From contig JACQZH010000007.1 of NCBI GenBank assembly GCA_016213925.1, positions 30,951-94,950 of the forward strand: a stretch of DNA of 64,000 bases. Direction: 5' to 3'. The position numbers and the translations under genes were made by a program. The notes below the pieces were generated by a model, which did not search any database, was not told the origin of the DNA, and saw nothing but the letters and a program-made list of their open reading frames with translations. The first letter of the stretch is position 1; each line of letters opens with the position of its first letter. Positions 51,303 through 60,179 of this stretch are shown here, one piece after another. Origin of the DNA: Candidatus Omnitrophota bacterium. GTDB taxonomy: Bacteria > Omnitrophota > Gorgyraeia > B26-G9.

Positions 51303-51330
51303 TTAGATGCTCAAGCAAGGTAAAAGTTGC
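51303..51330 (-). promoter_or_regulatory. ECF-sigma-type promoter
   Basis: GCAACTT-N16-TCTAA on the - strand, close to the sigmaE-type GGAACTT-N16-TCTRA consensus. Confidence 0.5.
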
Positions 51331-51425
51331 AATATTTTAAAACAAAATCGCTAAAAAAGCTAGAAGAATTTTTTTAATGCGGTATAATGTATTTTAAAGT
51401 TTTGCCGTATGAAGGCTGTTTTAAA

Positions 51426-51594
51426 AGCGGAGTTAATTCGTCCCGGCGCTTCGCTTTGCGAAGCAAACGGTCGGGACTCATTATCCCTTGCTTAAACGCC
51501 GGTAAAATACCTGTCGGTATTTCACTCGGCAAGTTGCGGGATTAATTCGCGCAAATCACTTAGTTCGCGTTGCTCTCTAAGTGATGCGCTCATT
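51426..51594. repeat. Mosaic REP/BIME-like hairpin cluster 2
   Basis: Same modules as 47962-48171 in swapped order. Confidence 0.85.
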
Positions 51595-51600
51595 AAAAGG

Positions 51601-52119
51601 ATGGAAATGGCGGTTAGGAAAATTCTTTCGATTCTGGAAGCTAATGAGCTTTTAAGCACAAAGTCAGCGGCAATAAGGCTGGATGATCCGCAGTTGGATG
51701 AGATAATTACGGATTTAAAGGATACCTTACTGGTTACGCCTAACGGGGTGGGGCTGGCCGCGGTACAAATTGGATATTTTAAAAGGGTATTTGTGTTAAA
51801 CGGGGATTATGTGGAAAAAGATTTGGATAAAAGTTCAATTTTTAAAGGCAGCAAGAATAAAATAATTACGTTTATTAATCCAAAAGTTATTTCCGGCAAG
51901 GGAACTGTGCGCGAGGAAGAGGGGTGTTTAAGCGTTCCGGGCTCATATGTAAGTGTTGAACGGCAAAAACTGGTAAAAGTAAAAGCTTTTAATGAAGCCA
52001 AAGAGCAGTTTTATGAGCGTTTTAGCGGATTAGCGGCAAGGGCAATACAGCAGGAAATCGATCATCTTAACGGTATTTTGATTATTGATTATATACGGAA
52101 GAAAGAGGCAGCCAAATGA
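51601..52119 (+). CDS. def: Peptide deformylase
   Basis: GVGLAAVQIG, EGCLSVPG, QQEIDHLNG (first His of HExxH is Gln). Confidence 0.85.
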   Translation: MEMAVRKILSILEANELLSTKSAAIRLDDPQLDEIITDLKDTLLVTPNGVGLAAVQIGYFKRVFVLNGDYVEKDLDKSSIFKGSKNKIITFINPKVISGKGTVREEEGCLSVPGSYVSVERQKLVKVKAFNEAKEQFYERFSGLAARAIQQEIDHLNGILIIDYIRKKEAAK

Positions 52120-52922
52120 ATTTAATGAAAAAAAGATATGATTTTGAAGAGTTGTTTAATTTATATAAGAACAGAATTTACCGTTTAGGGTTGAGCGTTA
52201 GCCGTAACGAAAAAGACGCTGAAGATATCCTGCAGAACACATTTTTAAAAATTATACAGCATATTGAGGCATTTAAAAATAAAGCGCATTTATCCACCTG
52301 GATTTACAAAATAGCTTATAACGAAGCGTTGATGCTTTTACGCAAAAAACGCAGGCATTTGAGTCTTGAGGATTCCATTGATTATCAGGCTAAAGCAATC
52401 CCTTCGGGCCTGCTTGTTAATTGGGCGGCTTTTCCGGATCAGCGGTTATTAGAGGAGGAAATGAAAGCAAGGATTGACCGGGCAATTAAACACATGCCGA
52501 TAAAATACAGAATGCCGTTATTGCTGCAGCGAGTTGAAGGCCAGTCCTTAAAAAGCACCGCGGAAATTTTAGGGCTGAAGGAAAATTCCTTAAAGACAAG
52601 ATTGCACCGGGCGAACATGTTTGTTAAAGCGGAGATGGCGCAGTATTTTGAAGGAAAAAAACAATCCGAGGAAGAGCATCACGATGAGCGTTGCCGCGTT
52701 ATAACGGATTTCATTTATGATTATGCGGAAGGAACGCTTAAAAAAGGGAAGAAAATTGCTTTTGAAAAACACATAAATGACTGCGAACCATGCAAAATAT
52801 TTTTAAATGCTTATCAGCGGGCGATTTGCTTTACCAAGGCATTGTATTGCAGAGATTTACCGGAAGAACTACAGGCAAAAATTGAATCATTTATCATGGA
52901 AAAGAAAAAAATATCAATATAG
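52116..52922 (+). CDS. ECF sigma factor fused to a C-terminal zf-HC2 (ZAS-like) domain
   Basis: DAEDILQNTF, STWIYKIAYN, AEILGL..NSLKTRLHRA; C-terminal C…HINDCEPC. Confidence 0.88.
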   Translation: MNLMKKRYDFEELFNLYKNRIYRLGLSVSRNEKDAEDILQNTFLKIIQHIEAFKNKAHLSTWIYKIAYNEALMLLRKKRRHLSLEDSIDYQAKAIPSGLLVNWAAFPDQRLLEEEMKARIDRAIKHMPIKYRMPLLLQRVEGQSLKSTAEILGLKENSLKTRLHRANMFVKAEMAQYFEGKKQSEEEHHDERCRVITDFIYDYAEGTLKKGKKIAFEKHINDCEPCKIFLNAYQRAICFTKALYCRDLPEELQAKIESFIMEKKKISI

Positions 52923-53052
52923 AGTTGTTTTTTAAGCAGGCATTGCTAGGATAATTAAAAACTTGAACAAAGTAACGTATTGGTATATATTAAAGTTAAT
53001 AATTATTTTTACTTCAGCTGTTTAAAAATTAGTTTGGTTTTACGCCAAAGGA

Positions 53053-53742
53053 GTGAAACATATGGACCAACGCAGAAAATTTGTACGGCTTGAAACAACA
53101 GGTAAAGTAATATATTCTCTGAAACCAGGCACAACAGAACGAAAAGAAGCAATCCTGCAGGATATAAGTATTTCCGGCGCAAGGGTAATAAGCGATGAAA
53201 TAATCACAACAGACAGAGAGTTCAGCATTATCCTGCAGATTCCCGGAATTAACCACGGGCTTAGCGGAAAGGCAACAGTCAAGTGGCAAAGAAGAATTAC
53301 GGAGCAAATGTTTGATACCGGCATTGAGTTTGTCCATATGCAGGAGGCAGACAGGAAGGCGCTGGTGAGTTTTGTCAGAGAAAGCGCCGGACGAATTGAT
53401 GATCAGAGAAAATACGTGCGTTGTCCGCTGGAAGCGGAGATTAAATACAAATTGTTAAGTCAAGGGAAAGATGTGACAAAAAATTGTAACTCTATTGATA
53501 TAAGTGTTTCAGGCTTGAAATTGTTTATGAAGGAAAAATTGGAAAAAGGCACTCAAATGCGTATTGAATTTAATCTTCCGGGAGAGAAGAATTTAATTGT
53601 CGCGGATTGCGTTGTGGTTGCCTGGTCAAAATCAGCTCCGGAAGAGATGTTTGTTACAGGCGCGGAATTTATTGATATCTCCGAAGAAAACGTTGAGAAA
53701 ATCAGCAAGTATGTAAAAGCTAAACTTGCGATAATTGAGTAA
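53053..53742 (+). CDS. Tandem PilZ-domain protein
   Basis: RRKFVR + DISISG and QRKYVR + DISVSG. Confidence 0.9.
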   Translation: MKHMDQRRKFVRLETTGKVIYSLKPGTTERKEAILQDISISGARVISDEIITTDREFSIILQIPGINHGLSGKATVKWQRRITEQMFDTGIEFVHMQEADRKALVSFVRESAGRIDDQRKYVRCPLEAEIKYKLLSQGKDVTKNCNSIDISVSGLKLFMKEKLEKGTQMRIEFNLPGEKNLIVADCVVVAWSKSAPEEMFVTGAEFIDISEENVEKISKYVKAKLAIIE

Positions 53743-53808
53743 AAAAGTTGTTCTAATTACCTGCTGTAAAGCTGCTGACTTAACAGTAGATTTGCCTAAG
53801 GAAATGCC

Positions 53809-54084
53809 ATGATAACTAAAATTGCTTTAATCGCGGCTGTTATTTTGCCGTTATGGAATATTCCGTTGATATTACGTATAATAAAAAGAAAGTCCGCGGA
53901 AGACATCAGCCTTTATTGGGCGTTTGGCGTATGGATATGTTTGATGCTGATGTTTCCGCAGGCATTAACGTCAAAGGATATTGTTTGGAAAACATTCAGC
54001 ATTGCGAATCTTATTTTATTCAGCGCGGTGGTGGCTACAACAGTGGTTTTTCGTAAGCCGCAAAAAACAAATGATAAAGCATAA
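53809..54084 (+). CDS. PQ-loop/SemiSWEET-like small membrane protein
   Basis: 3 TM; IP.I.RIIKRKSAEDIS; conserved Asn in TM3. Confidence 0.7.
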   Translation: MITKIALIAAVILPLWNIPLILRIIKRKSAEDISLYWAFGVWICLMLMFPQALTSKDIVWKTFSIANLILFSAVVATTVVFRKPQKTNDKA

Positions 54085-54096
54085 TAGGTCTATGCG

Positions 54097-54609
54097 ATGG
54101 AATTAACGGTTATTATAAATAAAAGAGCAAGCATCAGGAAGTTTAAAAACGAAAGCATCAGCAAAGAAGTGCTGAAGAGCCTAGTTGACGCGGGCAGGCG
54201 GGCTCCTTCGGCGCGCGCTGTTGAACCTTGGGAATTTATTGTTGTTTGCCGGCGCCAAACCCTGGAAAAAATAGCGCAGCTTGCCAGCGCAAACGCGGGG
54301 TTTCTCGCGGAATCTGCGGCAGCAATCGTTATATTCAGCCGCCAAACCAAATATTATTTGGAAGACGGATGCGCTGCTTGTGAAAATATTTTGCTTGCGG
54401 CGGTGAATGCCGGATTAGGCGCCTGCTGGATAGCCGGAGATAAAAAAGATTACGCTTCTGATGTAGTTAAGCTGCTTGGAGCGCCTTTAGCGATTAAGCT
54501 GGTGGCTATTATCGCGTTGGGAGTTCCTGCGGAAGAATTCCGGCAGTCCAAAAAACGCGGTTTGGATGATGTTTTACACTGGGAAAGCTATCAGCAGAAA
54601 GGGGCATAA
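54097..54609 (+). CDS. Nitroreductase family protein
   Basis: RASIRKF, APSA..EPWEF, GLGACWI. Confidence 0.92.
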   Translation: MELTVIINKRASIRKFKNESISKEVLKSLVDAGRRAPSARAVEPWEFIVVCRRQTLEKIAQLASANAGFLAESAAAIVIFSRQTKYYLEDGCAACENILLAAVNAGLGACWIAGDKKDYASDVVKLLGAPLAIKLVAIIALGVPAEEFRQSKKRGLDDVLHWESYQQKGA

Positions 54610-54611
54610 AA

Positions 54612-54977
54612 ATGGAACAAGCTTTAGATAAGTTCAGTAAGGCTGCGGGCATTTTTTTGCTGGTTTTGAATGTAGTTATATTAGTTGTGTTAATTTTTAT
54701 TTTTTCCCGTCAGCCAAAGGAAAACCGCTACGACTTTAAGATACAGGAACGCAGTAACGAAATATATGTTTTTGATAAACAGGCGGGAAAACTTTATATA
54801 ACCGCTCCCCAGGTAATCGGAGAGTATTCTGATGAGGTTTGGACAGAGCTTGACCCTACGCAGGAAGGCAGGACTCTTTCATTCAAAGAGTTTTTACGCA
54901 GCAAGGCAAAGATGGATTTAAGGAATAAATTTATACAGGATAAAAAACAATTAGAAAACCTTGAACCACAGGGCTAG
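54612..54977 (+). CDS. Hypothetical single-pass membrane protein
   Basis: ORF with one TM, 2 nt after the nitroreductase stop. Confidence 0.65.
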   Translation: MEQALDKFSKAAGIFLLVLNVVILVVLIFIFSRQPKENRYDFKIQERSNEIYVFDKQAGKLYITAPQVIGEYSDEVWTELDPTQEGRTLSFKEFLRSKAKMDLRNKFIQDKKQLENLEPQG

Positions 54978-54998
54978 AAAGAAAGGAAAACTCTGGAC

Positions 54999-55163
54999 AT
55001 GGGAATGACAAGCGCGGTAAAAATACTTGTAGTGATTTGGACTCTTGTGGGCGTGGGGCTTTGTTTTTATCTGATAGGTTTTCCTGTTTTTATGAAAAAA
55101 AATATCGCGGTTATAGTTAGCCTGCTTGAGCGCATACTGGAAAATTTGGAAAAAAATAAATAA
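54999..55163 (+). CDS. Small membrane protein (54 aa, absent from the ORF track)
   Basis: MGMTSAVKILVVIWTLVGVGLCFYLIGFPVFMKKNIAVIVSLLERILENLEKNK; fills the gap between operonic genes. Confidence 0.55.
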   Translation: MGMTSAVKILVVIWTLVGVGLCFYLIGFPVFMKKNIAVIVSLLERILENLEKNK

Positions 55164-55185
55164 AATAGAAAAAAGAGATAGGACA

Positions 55186-55875
55186 ATGGAAGAAAAGAGA
55201 AAATTTACCCGTATTCAAGCTCTAAAAGAAGTGCGTTATAAGCACAAGGAGAGTAAAGACCTTATGGCTACTGTTCCGGTAAGAGATCTTAGCCTTATCG
55301 GGATCAGCATATACGCGCAGCGTAAATTTGATAGGGGGGAAAAACTGGAACTGGACATAACATTCCCCGGAGAGTCATTGCCGACGAGAGTAAGCGGAGA
55401 AGTCAGGTGGCAGTTAACCGATGAAGATAATAACTTTATAACCGGAGTGAGGTTTTTTGGCGTTGATGATGACGCGCAAAAACGGCTGACTAATTTTATA
55501 GACAAACATATATCCAGCAATGTTGAGCACAGGACTGCTGTGCGGTGCAAGCTGGAAGTTGAGGTTCAGTACGCTTTGCTTGAGAGCCCGGGAAAAACAT
55601 ATACAGCAAAAGCTGTGGACATAAGTAAGGGCGGAATGCGTATCAGGGTAAAGGAAAGAATTGAAAAAGGGCAATATTTAAAATTAAACCTTAGGCTCCC
55701 GAGTTATACTGATATAATGCAGATTGAAGGCAAAATTGTCTGGCTGCGCCCAGGCGATAGCGTTTACAAACAGGAAGCGGGAATAATTTTTTCGCAAATT
55801 TCCGATTTGGATAAAAAACTGATTTTGAGGTTTGTTGAAAGACAGTGCGAAAAAGAATTAAAAAGGAGCAATTAG
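55186..55875 (+). CDS. Tandem PilZ-domain protein
   Basis: EKRKFTR + DLSLIG and EHRTAVR + DISKGG; ATG at 55186 preferred over TTG at 55126. Confidence 0.9.
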   Translation: MEEKRKFTRIQALKEVRYKHKESKDLMATVPVRDLSLIGISIYAQRKFDRGEKLELDITFPGESLPTRVSGEVRWQLTDEDNNFITGVRFFGVDDDAQKRLTNFIDKHISSNVEHRTAVRCKLEVEVQYALLESPGKTYTAKAVDISKGGMRIRVKERIEKGQYLKLNLRLPSYTDIMQIEGKIVWLRPGDSVYKQEAGIIFSQISDLDKKLILRFVERQCEKELKRSN

Positions 55876-55879
55876 GCAG

Positions 55880-56377
55880 ATGCGTAAGGTGTTTCTGGGG
55901 GTATTATTAGTTTTCTTGACGGGAGGGCTTGGTGTGGCAGAAGATATTACTAAAAAAGATATGATTGTTGTTTTAGAGACAACTCAGGGAAATATTGAAC
56001 TTAAGCTTATGCCTGAGATTGCTCCAAAAACTTGCGAAAATTTTATTAAGTTAGTAGAGAAAGGGTATTATAACGGTATAATCTTTGGTTTTAGCGGCCA
56101 GTCATTTTGGGGCAAGCCTTTTGCAGATGAATTTTCGCCAAAAGCAAGCTTTAACCGCAAGGGAATTTTGGCAATGGCCAATGCCGGGCCGAATACCAAT
56201 GGAAGCCAATTTTTTATTACGACAACAGAAACTCCCTGGCTTAATTCTAAACATACTATTTTCGGGGAAGTGAGCAATGGCTATGAAATTGTTAAGGCTA
56301 TTGAGAATACGCAAACAGACGCTGCGGATAAACCGGTCATAGAACAAAAAATCATCAAAGCGCATCTTAAAGAATAA
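55880..56377 (+). CDS. Exported cyclophilin-type PPIase lacking its HRVI…QGGDP segment
   Basis: APKTCENF, GYYNGIIF, AMANAGPNTNGSQFFIT, WLNSKHTIFG; about 17 aa missing at 56086/56087. Confidence 0.8.
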   Translation: MRKVFLGVLLVFLTGGLGVAEDITKKDMIVVLETTQGNIELKLMPEIAPKTCENFIKLVEKGYYNGIIFGFSGQSFWGKPFADEFSPKASFNRKGILAMANAGPNTNGSQFFITTTETPWLNSKHTIFGEVSNGYEIVKAIENTQTDAADKPVIEQKIIKAHLKE

Positions 56378-56382
56378 GTTTT

Positions 56383-58809
56383 TTAGATGCTTTGTCCAAT
56401 CAGGGTTTGCTGAGTATTCAAATGCTGTTTAGTTATAGTAATATTAGCTGGAACGGCTTTTTGCAAAACAGCTGCGGGATTAGGCTGTTCAGCGGCAAAA
56501 GGTAAATAAATCGTAAAACATGACCCTTTCCCTTCTCCCTCGCTTGTTACTTCCATATATCCGTTCATTTTTTCAAGCAAAGGAAGCACTGAAGCTAAGC
56601 CGATTGCAGAGCCTTCGATCTGGGGGTTAGTTTCGGATTGGCCTAAACGGTCAAAGCGTTGCCCGACGCGGTAGAGATTTTCTTTGGCAATGCCAATACC
56701 GGTATCGGAAATACTGACGCTGATTACTTGATTATTATTCCGTGTTGAGGCCTCAAGCGCGGCTTTAACAGTGATTGTTCCTCCTTGAGGAGAATATTTA
56801 ACCGCGTTGCTTAACAGATTAAAAATAATGCGCCTAAACGCGTCTTCGTTAACAAAACCGGTTAGAGATTGTTTGATGTCAATATCCAAACTGAAATTTT
56901 TGGCAGACGCATATTCGATATGAGGCCGGTTCTGTTCGACGCATTCACTAAGCAACTGTGAAATATTTCCGGATTTTACGTTAAGCTGTGAAGTTGAGGC
57001 GTCCGGGGTATTTAATTTGCTGAAAAACGCATCATTAAGCTTTGATATCTTTGGCGATTCGTTTACTATGATCGTAATGTATTGTTTGATAGTTTCCGGC
57101 AGGGAGCTTGAAATAGATTCATCGCTTATAAGCGCTTCAAAAGCATTCACCGCATCTTGAAATTCAATAAAGGCTTTTTTGTATTCCGCGGCAAAATCAT
57201 AGAATATGCTTGAAGTTTGCCTGATCAGAAATTCTAATTTTTCTTCGCTGATTATCCTTAAAAGGTTTTCAAGTTGAGCGGTTGAAGTGAGGTATTCTTT
57301 TGCCGCGTGATATAAAGCTTCTTCCAAGAGCCCGATATTACGGTTTGTTTTAAAAAACGGCTTAGTTTGCGCGTGCAGCGCTTCAAGGATACGAAATGAG
57401 GATGCCTTAAGCAGATTTTTTTGCAATATCTGCCATACGGATAAAATTTCTTCTTCCGAAGCTGATTCGTTTTGCAGGTGCTCCGGAAGCAGTGCGATTG
57501 TTTCCTGCGCAGCAGCGGATTCTTTTAATTCAGGAGAATCTTTTGCCGGAGATTCTTCAGAAAGCTCCTTAAGTTTTTGTTCGAAATCATGGATCAACTG
57601 TTTAAGATTTAATAAAAAAGAACGCTCCTGTTTGGCAGCGTGAAATAGCCCGAACATCGGCAGTAAGATACTGATTTTTTTTTCAAAGCTTTTAATGGAG
57701 TTTTCTAAAATAACAGCTTTTTCCTTGATTAAAACGCAGGCAGTTTTGACTTTTTCAAGTTCAGGATTTTCCGCGAGGTTTTCGGTGGTAATTTTTCTAT
57801 TTGTCCTGTCGGCAAACCCGGCAGTAACAATTAACGGGTTTTTTGTATCATGCAGGAACGCTTCTGCTTCAAATAATGTGCTGATAGCGTGCAGTTGTCT
57901 TAATTTATCGTCTAAGCCCATAGTTGAATAAGCAAGCTCCTTTTTTGCGCGTAAAAGCTGAAGCGCAAGGCCGGTTTGATCGGAAATTGCCTGCAAGAGA
58001 ATAAGTTTTTCTTTCTTTGCCTGTTCGTTTTCAAACAAGGCTTCTCCTGTTTTCCAATTGTTAATAAGTATTTGCGCTATGGGGGAGTCGTTTTTATCCA
58101 GAACCGCAAAATGAAGAGATTCGTTTACGCGGTTAAGCCAGTCCGGGCGTATTTTCCCGACAAGCCAGATCCCCAATTTTGCGGGATAAACGCAGAAGGG
58201 AATAGAAAAATCGATAAAAGAAAAAATCGCTTTGCGGAAAAATGAGGATGACTCAAACCGGTATAAAAATATGTCCTTAAAAAGCCAGGGAGTGTATACA
58301 TCGGTGCTTTCGCTTCTTTTTTTAATGTGAAGATAAGGCGATTCTCTGCGGGCATTTTTTAAGTTATTAATTTTTTCGTCATTATCCGGCAAAGGGCTCC
58401 AGCTTACCTGCCAGCGCCTTCCTCCTTTCATGCCGTGGCGCAGAACTGTGCGTAAAGAAAATCCATTCCCCATGGGTTCGTGTTTTTTTACGATATAAAA
58501 GGCAACTCCCTTAAAACCTAATATCCGTGTGATATAATCTTTAACCAGGTCGGCAACCTGTTCTTCATTCTCAGCCTGAAGCAGCCAACCGCTTAATTGG
58601 GAAAGATGTTCATACTGGTTTTTTGACGATGGAATCCTACTGCTGTAAATAGAGGCAAAGGTATCTTTATACGTATTTGTCTTCAGGTTTAATTCCGGGG
58701 AAAGGCAGTATTTTTGCCAAGAGGCGTTTGCTCCGGCAAAACAATCCGCTGCGATTGACTGAACAATAAAGGCGCTGACAACAAATAAAGTTAAAATTTT
58801 TATTTTCAT
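56383..58809 (-). CDS. Orphan histidine kinase with atypical N-terminal region
   Basis: HDTKNPL H-box; NLLSNAVKYS, DTGIGI, IGLA, GKGSCF; N-terminal signal-like peptide. Confidence 0.85.
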   Translation of the reverse strand: MKIKILTLFVVSAFIVQSIAADCFAGANASWQKYCLSPELNLKTNTYKDTFASIYSSRIPSSKNQYEHLSQLSGWLLQAENEEQVADLVKDYITRILGFKGVAFYIVKKHEPMGNGFSLRTVLRHGMKGGRRWQVSWSPLPDNDEKINNLKNARRESPYLHIKKRSESTDVYTPWLFKDIFLYRFESSSFFRKAIFSFIDFSIPFCVYPAKLGIWLVGKIRPDWLNRVNESLHFAVLDKNDSPIAQILINNWKTGEALFENEQAKKEKLILLQAISDQTGLALQLLRAKKELAYSTMGLDDKLRQLHAISTLFEAEAFLHDTKNPLIVTAGFADRTNRKITTENLAENPELEKVKTACVLIKEKAVILENSIKSFEKKISILLPMFGLFHAAKQERSFLLNLKQLIHDFEQKLKELSEESPAKDSPELKESAAAQETIALLPEHLQNESASEEEILSVWQILQKNLLKASSFRILEALHAQTKPFFKTNRNIGLLEEALYHAAKEYLTSTAQLENLLRIISEEKLEFLIRQTSSIFYDFAAEYKKAFIEFQDAVNAFEALISDESISSSLPETIKQYITIIVNESPKISKLNDAFFSKLNTPDASTSQLNVKSGNISQLLSECVEQNRPHIEYASAKNFSLDIDIKQSLTGFVNEDAFRRIIFNLLSNAVKYSPQGGTITVKAALEASTRNNNQVISVSISDTGIGIAKENLYRVGQRFDRLGQSETNPQIEGSAIGLASVLPLLEKMNGYMEVTSEGEGKGSCFTIYLPFAAEQPNPAAVLQKAVPANITITKQHLNTQQTLIGQSI

Positions 58810-59087
58810 GTATTTACCTTAAAAAAACAATGGGTATAATAATATATTTATTATACTAAAAAATATGTAAAGTGTGTAAGTTTACCATATCTTTTGGTAT
58901 TTTGCAAACCAGAAGAGGTGTGTTATAATCAAGAAGGCTGTCCTTTGGCGTAAGGCAGCGGCAAAATCATATAAATAAATAGGATACAACGCGGGTTACT
59001 TGATAGCCGCAAGGCCGGTGACTTTCCGTTATAATCAAGGCAGATAGGCAGTCCGCGGGGTTCCGCTTTAAAAGGGGTGAAGATATT

Positions 59088-59480
59088 TTGACAGACGAAC
59101 GCAGGAAAAATCGTAGAGTAATTCAAGGCCATGAGATAAGCTTTCTGATTATTGACAAAACAAACCCGGGAAAACTTTCCGCTAAAGATGTGTTGGTTTT
59201 TCGCCAGGCGCTGCTTTTGGATGTTTCTTCGACAGGCTTGAGCATAGAGACAGAAGAATTAAACGAACAATGGATCCCTTTTTTTGAGTCAGGGGAGTTT
59301 CTTGTCGGGGTTTGTATTCAGCTTGTAAGCGGCGCGGAACCGGTTTGCGCGCTTACCAAAACAATGTGGATAAAAGATTCTGCTTCAAAAAGAAGGACGC
59401 AAATACTGGGTTTGAAGCTTATTAACATCAGCAGCGTAGATATGATAAAAATCAGGAATATTATAATCAGACATGGCTAA
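59088..59480 (+). CDS. PilZ-domain protein
   Basis: ERRKNRR + DVSSTG. Confidence 0.75.
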   Translation: MTDERRKNRRVIQGHEISFLIIDKTNPGKLSAKDVLVFRQALLLDVSSTGLSIETEELNEQWIPFFESGEFLVGVCIQLVSGAEPVCALTKTMWIKDSASKRRTQILGLKLINISSVDMIKIRNIIIRHG

Positions 59481-59506
59481 ATCGAAGAAAAAAAGGCAAG
59501 CAGGGT

Positions 59507-60163
59507 ATGGATAGTACCAATGGTACAAAAGAGCTGTTTATTTTTGATTTAGACGGCACGCTGGTTGACGCGTATAAAGCGATAGAGCAGAGCTTGAATT
59601 TTACGAGGAAAAAACTTGGTTATAGTAAAGTTAGTTATGCGGCGGTAAAAAAAAATATCGGCAACGGAGACAGGAATTTTATCGCGGTTTTTTTTCCTCC
59701 GCAGGATGTGGAAAATGCCCTAGCGCTCTACCGCAGGCATCATAAAGGAGCGCTTAAAAAATATTCCTATTTAAAACCGTATGCTAAAGTGCTGCTTTTA
59801 CGCTTAAAACAAGGAAAAAAAATCACAGCGATTGCTTCTAACCGGCCCGCGGCTTATACAAAAGTCATTATCAAGGCAGTAGGCATCGATAAATATCTGG
59901 ATTATGTCCTTTGCGCTGACCAGATTAACAGCCTTAAGCCCAAACCAAAAATTTTATACGAGATTTTAAAAAAATTTAAAATAAAAAAACATCAGGCAGT
60001 TTATGTTGGAGACATGGATGTTGATATGCAAACCGCGGAGCGCGCGAAAATAGAGGCCTTATTTATTGCCGGAGGCTCAAGCTCGATAAAAGATGTTAAA
60101 AAATATAAAAATAAAAAAGTTATCTATTCGTTAAAAGATGTTTTAAAATATTGCCGGAATTAA
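59507..60163 (+). CDS. HAD-family hydrolase (phosphoglycolate phosphatase-like)
   Basis: FDLDGTLVD, ASN, KPKP, VGDMDVD. Confidence 0.9.
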   Translation: MDSTNGTKELFIFDLDGTLVDAYKAIEQSLNFTRKKLGYSKVSYAAVKKNIGNGDRNFIAVFFPPQDVENALALYRRHHKGALKKYSYLKPYAKVLLLRLKQGKKITAIASNRPAAYTKVIIKAVGIDKYLDYVLCADQINSLKPKPKILYEILKKFKIKKHQAVYVGDMDVDMQTAERAKIEALFIAGGSSSIKDVKKYKNKKVIYSLKDVLKYCRN

Positions 60164-60179
60164 CCAAAAGAACCGCGAT

